Source: Amphiscolops sp. MND2022 (taxonomy: Eukaryota). Taken from it: a DNA stretch of 64,000 bases. The notes beneath the pieces were generated by a model, which made no database searches, was not told where the DNA came from, and saw nothing but the letters and a program-made list of their open reading frames with translations. The DNA lies in NCBI GenBank assembly GCA_964187785.1, contig OZ076409.1, forward strand, positions 69,380,001 through 69,444,000. The letters run 5' to 3'. The translations under genes were made by a program, and so were the position numbers. Positions 59,101 through 64,000 of this stretch are shown piece by piece (position 1 is the first letter of the stretch; each line of letters begins with the position of its first letter).

Positions 59101-62100
59101 GTTTTACAAGAACGTGTTTCTGAGTAATTTACATAATAACAATTCGAGACAAAATCTTTTAAAATAATATTTGAATTTTTAGGAGTTCTTGTGGAGCGTA
59201 ATTAGAATGGTCGAGTACTTTGTGAGTTGATTAAATTCGCGGTATCAGATCTGTGACAACTTGAGTGTCAATGTGAAACCTAAAATCAGCAAGCATATAA
59301 TTTGAGAAAAAAGTTTTCTAAATTGGTTTAATCATCGCTTCTTCAATCATTTCAAACATTGGCTCCTTTTCCTACAGCTTTTTTCAATCCATGGGAACTG
59401 CATGGAAGTCAATTAAATCTCTAAAAAATTTTTAGCTATGAAGCTCGGAAAAATAATGAGCTTTCACAGCATGATTTTTCATTCGATTAAAAATTTGTCA
59501 ATTTTTGACACTAAATTTTGGGGGAAATGATTGCGCAGTATGATGCTCTAACATCAATTTCGACGCTCGTGAAAAACTGAAAATCTTTTTCTATTCCGAG
59601 TTTATCTATTTGAGTAATGCAACCCCTTTCGAGAAAAAAATATTTCACATTTTCTGAATGAAATGATTGAAAGTGAATTTTTGAATCAAAGAAGACGCAC
59701 CCACAAACTTGAACCAATCGTCTGTGCCTGCACAGCTATTGTCTTTGAGCACCCCTGTGTGGGTCTGTGCAGTTCCCCCGTCTTCGTCATCTTGATCGTA
59801 CACGGTGAGGGTCACCAGATCTGTGTCCACGATTGCCGGAGATGTCGTGTATCGAGGGTAAAACTCCTCGATGTACACCTACAAACGTTATACTGTCGGT
59901 TTCAAAAACAAGTCAGTATCTGCTGCTAGAGTTGCTGCTAACTTCAGAAAAATCAGCAAACAGTCGTTTTCTTGAGGACAACAACAGTAGTCAAAGTTGT
60001 TTTAGGTGATTAAAAAAACGTTTTAAAAGTTTCATATATAAGTTTTGCAGTTGAATTGGAACTTTTGTTCAGGATAACAGTACGTTTACCACTTTATGTA
60101 CGTTAGTTGACTACGTTACGCTATTTCTCAGCCTGTTTTTGATTGTTTTGTTCCTCTGAGGAAAGCGGGGACTGCTTTTCTTAAGGGAAGTCTCTTTGCC
60201 TCAGGTATAATGTTACCCAAGATTCCCCAGGAAATTTTGCTCCAGTTTTGATTGCCCAAGGTATCATTAAGCAGTTTTGCTCGGGCTCAAGATACCAATT
60301 CTATCTAAAAACGATTCGAACACCGCTTAATTAGAATTGTTCCTTCAATCAAATAATCGATGTGCTAAAAATCGACGCCCTGAAGTAGAAACATGAAATT
60401 TTAGAAGGTTTGACTAGAATGAACCGATTCTATTCCCAAAAACAAACTCGTATTCTAGTTCATGTACAAGGTTGTGTGACGCAACTAACAATTTGGGGCA
60501 GATTGGTGATAACAGGTTCTTCGTTGACGTCAGTAACAGTTATTGTGATGTCAGAACCAGCAGCAGCTTTCTGGTTGGGAGTATAAGAGATCACTGTGAG
60601 AGTGATAGAGTTTTCCACTTCATAGTTGAAACCCAATGGAGCCGTGCTGTATCTCACCTCGCCGTCTAAAAAAAGGGTGGCATGTTCAATGTTCATATTT
60701 TTCTCACATAGTCGCTCGTTAATTTTTGTGAAACTTTTTTGTGAAAATTTTTGTTTCCATTTTGTGTATAAAAATTTCTCGAGAGCATAAAGGAAGACGA
60801 AAGTAACTCGAATTGAACTTGAATTCGAGTTACTTTCGTAGAACCCTGTAGGATTACAGGATACGAAGCCGCCATTTGTTTGAGACAAAAAGCGGCTTCG
60901 CATCCAGTAAGGTCCAAAATCTTTGGACAAGAACTTCCATTAAAATAAAAATTATCCATTTCGGGGTTCTTTTCTCAGTAAAAACTAGCTAACTGTTTTC
61001 ATTGATGGTAAATCTGCCGGCCTCTGACCCCGGATTGACCGACAACTCGAACTTGACCGGAAAGTCAGCAATGTTGATGCTGTTAGTACACGTGCTGATG
61101 AGAGTACCAGCTACTGTGTCATCATTTTCATCAATTGTGCCTGCGTCTGGAGTACATGTCACATCTGCATCGAGGCCCCAGAAATTCCAAAACCCAGTAT
61201 TCACTACTTTCCATGATTTCCAGAAGTTATTTTATCTATGTTTATCTATGGTATATTCCAATGCCAGGCATGATTTTCATAGCTTTTGTACCTCTTATCA
61301 AACAATCAAGCATTCACTTTTTTTAAAGTTCAGATGCGGAGAGACACTTTTTTGAAAACGAAACATTATTGTCACTCAAAAAACCTAAGTCTGAAATTGC
61401 CATTAACAAAATTTGAATTTGATTGTGTTCGCTTGATTTTTGATTTCATTTTGACATTTTGAGAATAATTTTTGAATCAATGTTTTTATAAAAACCTTCA
61501 TTGAGTTTTTCTGAGAAGATCGCTAAAATTGTTGTGAATTTTTGGCATTTTCGAACGTTAAACGGTATAAATATATAAAACCTAATAGAATTATTGAAAG
61601 TTCTTTTCATTTTTGTTTGTGTCTGCTGCGGAACACATGATGTCAAATCCTGATTTTTTTTATGAACGTTGAGTTCATTTCCAGAGTGATTTTATGTGAA
61701 TTTCTGGTTCCCCTGCCTGGTGCTTCGTCGTCCTCATTGAGCACAGTGATTGTGAGGGTACCTTTATTAGATGACGTCACCGCAGTAACTTCGCAACTCT
61801 CTTGCTTGGGAGTTCCCGTTAAACTGGTGTCTTCGTAGTCCGGTGTGTTACTGCTGTCATATTTCACTAAAAATCACCACAGTTGTTTTTATTTCAAAGA
61901 CTCATCTAAAAGTGAGCTCCGAAAAAGCGAAGAGCAAATGTTGACCCATCTCTCTTCCACTGACACATCTACCGTCTGATTTGCTGATCAAAAAGTTCAT
62001 TTACGTAATTAACTAACATGTACAAGTTGTTCCGCTCGCTGAACAGTCCGTGTCGAGTTGAAGCTTGCAAGTGGTAGTTGCAACTGTAAAAGTAGTAGGG

Positions 62101-63119
62101 GAGTCACTGTAGACAACGTAAACAGTGCCCTCAAAATTCTCAGGCACTTCAATCGTATTTGGCAAGTTTGTGATAGCAGCTCCTCCCAGCACACCAGGAG
62201 CCCCGAAATAAACTGAAATTTCATCTACCTTGAAACTACCACTAATTTTTTTCTTTCAACTTGTTTAAATCTCATTTAAAAAAACTGAAATATTCCGAGT
62301 TCTTGCTTCTACTTAACGCCAGTCATAACATTTTCATTCATAGCTTTTTCTCAAAAGATTTTCTCGAGAAATCCAGCATGGTTTTGTTTAACTTAATTTG
62401 AATCAGACCCGATTTTCTAACGAAAGTACTTTTCGTTGAACACTTGGTGATAAAGTAGGTTTTCGGGGAAAGTACGTTATTTTTTGTACGGAGACAACTC
62501 ATCAATCGGCAACTCATATAACTCAAAACTCGGGTCAAAATATTAGATCCTATCTAAAGAATAGTTTAAAGATTTTATTCCAAATAATTTTATCAATAAT
62601 TTAAGGCAACTATTTGGTTGACAAACGGTTATCAGAAATTTTATTATATGATATCAGGAAAAACAATACAAGCTGAAGGGTTGTCAATATCCAATTGATA
62701 TACCAGGATGAATTCTACGAGGGGTGGCTGATGGATTGTGAAGTGTGGTACATCGATGAATTCAGAGTGGTCGTTGTGAGTTTCGGATGTTTTCGAGAGA
62801 TTTTGAATTTTGGTTTTCATCCCCGGTCCGTCAGTGGCAATCTACACTTTTACACCTGGCCCTGGCCAGTGTTGGAAACCAAAAATTAAAAATTCGCAAA
62901 AGCAGCGGGAACTCACAACGACCATTCTGAATTCGTCGATGTACCACCCGTGACTATCAATGGACCATCAATGGTAGAATGATACCTTCATCAATTGCAT
63001 ATTAAAACACTTCATTGTCAATTTTTCTGAATTACAAATAACGGTAAAGTGAAAATACGCTGACAAAACAGATCAATTTACTCACCAAACCCAGTCAAAA
63101 TCACAACAAAGAACACCAT
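32151..63119 (-). CDS. Cadherin-like single-pass membrane protein, 21 exons traced (1026 codons); last exon/stop not found
   Basis: Phase-consistent exons: 63086-63119, 62018-62212, 61717-61866, 60994-61164, 60490-60665, 59701-59878, 58826-59033, 55026-55104, 52333-52576, 51947-52038, 51312-51508, 50898-51027, 50112-50313, 49475-49640, 47794-47985, 34167-34345, 33662-33881, 33554-33592, 33345-33457, 32307-32348, 32151-32221. Signal peptide MVFFVVILTGF. Repeated DYE, DxNE/DxNDNxP and ATDRD calcium motifs. TM helix VVLSLILLLTLMVLIGIVFAFY. Small exons may be missed. Confidence 0.88.
35552..35873 (+). repeat. BEL/Pao 5' LTR
   Basis: Direct repeat of 44415-44736, with about 5 substitutions seen. 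Confidence 0.95.
35603..35655 (+). promoter_or_regulatory. Pol III A-box/B-box (tRNA-like) unit within the LTR; second copy at 44466-44518
   Basis: TGGCTTAGCGG matches the A-box TRGCNNARYGG and GGTTCGATTCC matches the B-box, at tRNA-like spacing. Confidence 0.7.
36682..37341 (+). CDS. Accessory ORF of the BEL element, possible SGNH/GDSL-fold protein
   Basis: Intact 219-aa ORF between PBS and gag. VFILGASSL, IPGLS, VIWHDVLNN and a late His are spaced like SGNH blocks I, II, III and V. The tail is basic. Confidence 0.55.
   Translation: MVFILGASSLHHALDILTPEKRKASNEKIYTIPGLSLNNHAKNPQKVVQNLLQKDFAEKNDIVIWHDVLNNSLSKHKSNNFRALSVSELLEILKSLENKLRALVYCHRIRTPDISDFLKTQSIPVFRIETDFFSTRKQNDPKILNELKAIHQRPEFELKYLDIILRKETDLANITAKSRPKRPSKRARKALKNAASNQSEVSSSPKECCCNSVQTSLSG
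37778..44264 (+). pseudogene. BEL/Pao gag-pol polyprotein with premature stops and frameshifts
   Basis: FNGDPLQW gag core, triple Cys-His knuckles, LCDSACSHSWI protease, WYLPHHPV / ADIEGMF / YMDD RT, VFGDSS RNase H, and GIDYFGP / SDNGTNF / GGVWER integrase. Stops at 38699, 41958 and 43275; frameshifts near 40170 and 41095. Confidence 0.95.
44415..44736 (+). repeat. BEL/Pao 3' LTR
   Basis: Direct repeat of 35552-35873, followed by the TSD GTCGG. Confidence 0.95.
45369..46212 (+). pseudogene. Frameshifted GC-richer coding remnant with H2C2-like and OTU-protease-like motifs
   Basis: H-x4-H...CANC across frames, then DLAGPWNCF...W...GVY...GH, which resembles the OTU Cys and His boxes. Weak, by-eye assignment. 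Confidence 0.35.
46379..47372 (-). mobile_element. HINE-like element interrupted by a MITE
   Basis: Reverse complement of the 10551-11098 family termini. Confidence 0.7.
46868..47319. mobile_element. Tc1/mariner-type MITE nested in the HINE
   Basis: TIR CAGTGCCAAAAGTGGGT / ACCCACCTTTGGCACTG with TA on both sides. Internal CAGCGAAATTCGCTG palindromic repeats. Confidence 0.75.
48310..48830. repeat. Diverged fold-back (MITE-like) inverted repeat, boundaries approximate
   Basis: TATGGGTCGTGGAAATTTCAAACAAAC at ~48362 is mirrored by GTTTGTTTGAAATTTCTACGACCCATA at ~48747. Further paired blocks lie inward. Confidence 0.6.
50329..50692. repeat. Fold-back element with ~180-bp imperfect arms in a cadherin intron
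   Basis: Centre GATCCACAGATGGAAGCA-ATTTAAA-TGCTTCCATCTGTGGATC. Pairing continues out to TCAATCAA / TTGATTGA. Confidence 0.85.
52776..54567. mobile_element. Longer relative of the 23655-24699 TIR element, with a nested HINE
   Basis: CCCGGGTTCACCCTC ... GAGGGTCGACCCGGG termini and shared subterminal sequence. Confidence 0.7.
53261..53798 (-). mobile_element. HINE-like element
   Basis: Close reverse-complement match to 10551-11098 and 46379-47372. Confidence 0.7.
56371..56730 (+). mobile_element. HINE-like element
   Basis: Close match to 24874-25213, including both termini. Confidence 0.7.
57029..57392 (-). mobile_element. HINE-like element, 5' end truncated
   Basis: AACAAGACGGGAACGTCTAAAGTCGGCGCTATATCTA 3' terminus in reverse, plus family internal motifs. 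Confidence 0.6.
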
Positions 63120-64000
63120 TCTTAGGCTATAACGCAACGCGTGTTCAATTTATTCATTATTGTTTCGAATGAAGCGTTTTTAAGTCTAATTTTGACACAT
63201 GTCATCAAGAGCTGAATAAAAATTTATGACGTAGAAAATCATTAAAAGCAATAGAACATCGCTTTCAAGTACGTGCTTAACAAATGTACACTTTTCACAA
63301 TCTTTGTTGCTGGCGAAAAGCGATTTTTTGAAATGGGACCAAAAACAGTTTCGAATCGATATGCGAAGCGTTTTTAGCTGTTAGACCATGAGACTAGTCA
63401 ATAGCTGAAAGTCTTCTTTGGTATAACTTTTATGACGTCATTGATTTCAAGACGTTCCACCTGCTGAGACATATAAGAAAAATCGCCCTCTCAAGTATAA
63501 AGAAAGTCACCACTCAAAAAAACTGTTCAGTTTTTAACCACTTTTGCTACTTTTGGGTCCGAATAGTCAAAACATTAACATCGAAAAAATGACAGTGCAG
63601 ATGAACATTTTGAATAACACTCAACGATGCCAACGTCTATCTTCCTTCCTTCCGGATTAGCATTTTATCCGGTGCTCAAAAACTTGATTTGACGCTCGCG
63701 AAAAAATTGGCGTTCTTTGTATTTGATCCCCGGATCATTTGCCAAAAAATTGAATACAGTAAACATTAGGCAGCCTTTTTTTAAACATTTCGCTATACCT
63801 CTTCGGAAGACATCACATGCTTAAACCAATCAACCATACGGACTTATTAGGAAGAAGTTTTGGTCACTTCCATCGAACTGAAGGACCGACCAAATCCAAA
63901 CTGGTAATCTATTTTTCACAAAGAACGTACTGAAAACTTCTCAGAGCCGTGAAAGCTTTTCCAAATGAGAGGAGATAGTTTTAAAGCCATAGAACCAAAT

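Overview
AT-rich, repeat-dense eukaryotic DNA, almost certainly from an animal given the spliceosomal introns, cadherin-like genes and linker histone. The standout is 11377-21751, a Polinton/Maverick-type element with AGTAGT...ACTACT termini and a 6-bp CACCAA target-site duplication. It is one giant palindrome: two ~5-kb arms, nearly identical, joined by an imperfectly paired AT-rich hairpin centre. Each arm has six intact ORFs: adenain-type protease, small ORF, penton-like minor capsid, protease-processed membrane-lytic-like protein, a conserved Polinton ORF, and a Zn-finger/A32 packaging ATPase. All six start with AATAAATG. No DNA polymerase, integrase or major capsid gene is recognisable. 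A 200-N assembly gap near the centre is flanked by a 107-bp overlap. The window also holds a decayed Ty3/Gypsy element (1-8347, with an internal fold-back duplication) and a full-length decayed BEL/Pao element (35552-44736). The BEL LTRs carry a tRNA-like Pol III promoter, and the element has an extra SGNH-like ORF. Host genes are a 21-exon cadherin-like gene on the minus strand (32151-63119), an exon of a tandem paralog (8718-8918) and histone H1. There are many Helentron-like (HINE) and MITE repeats. All calls are by-eye motif recognition; no database search was run.
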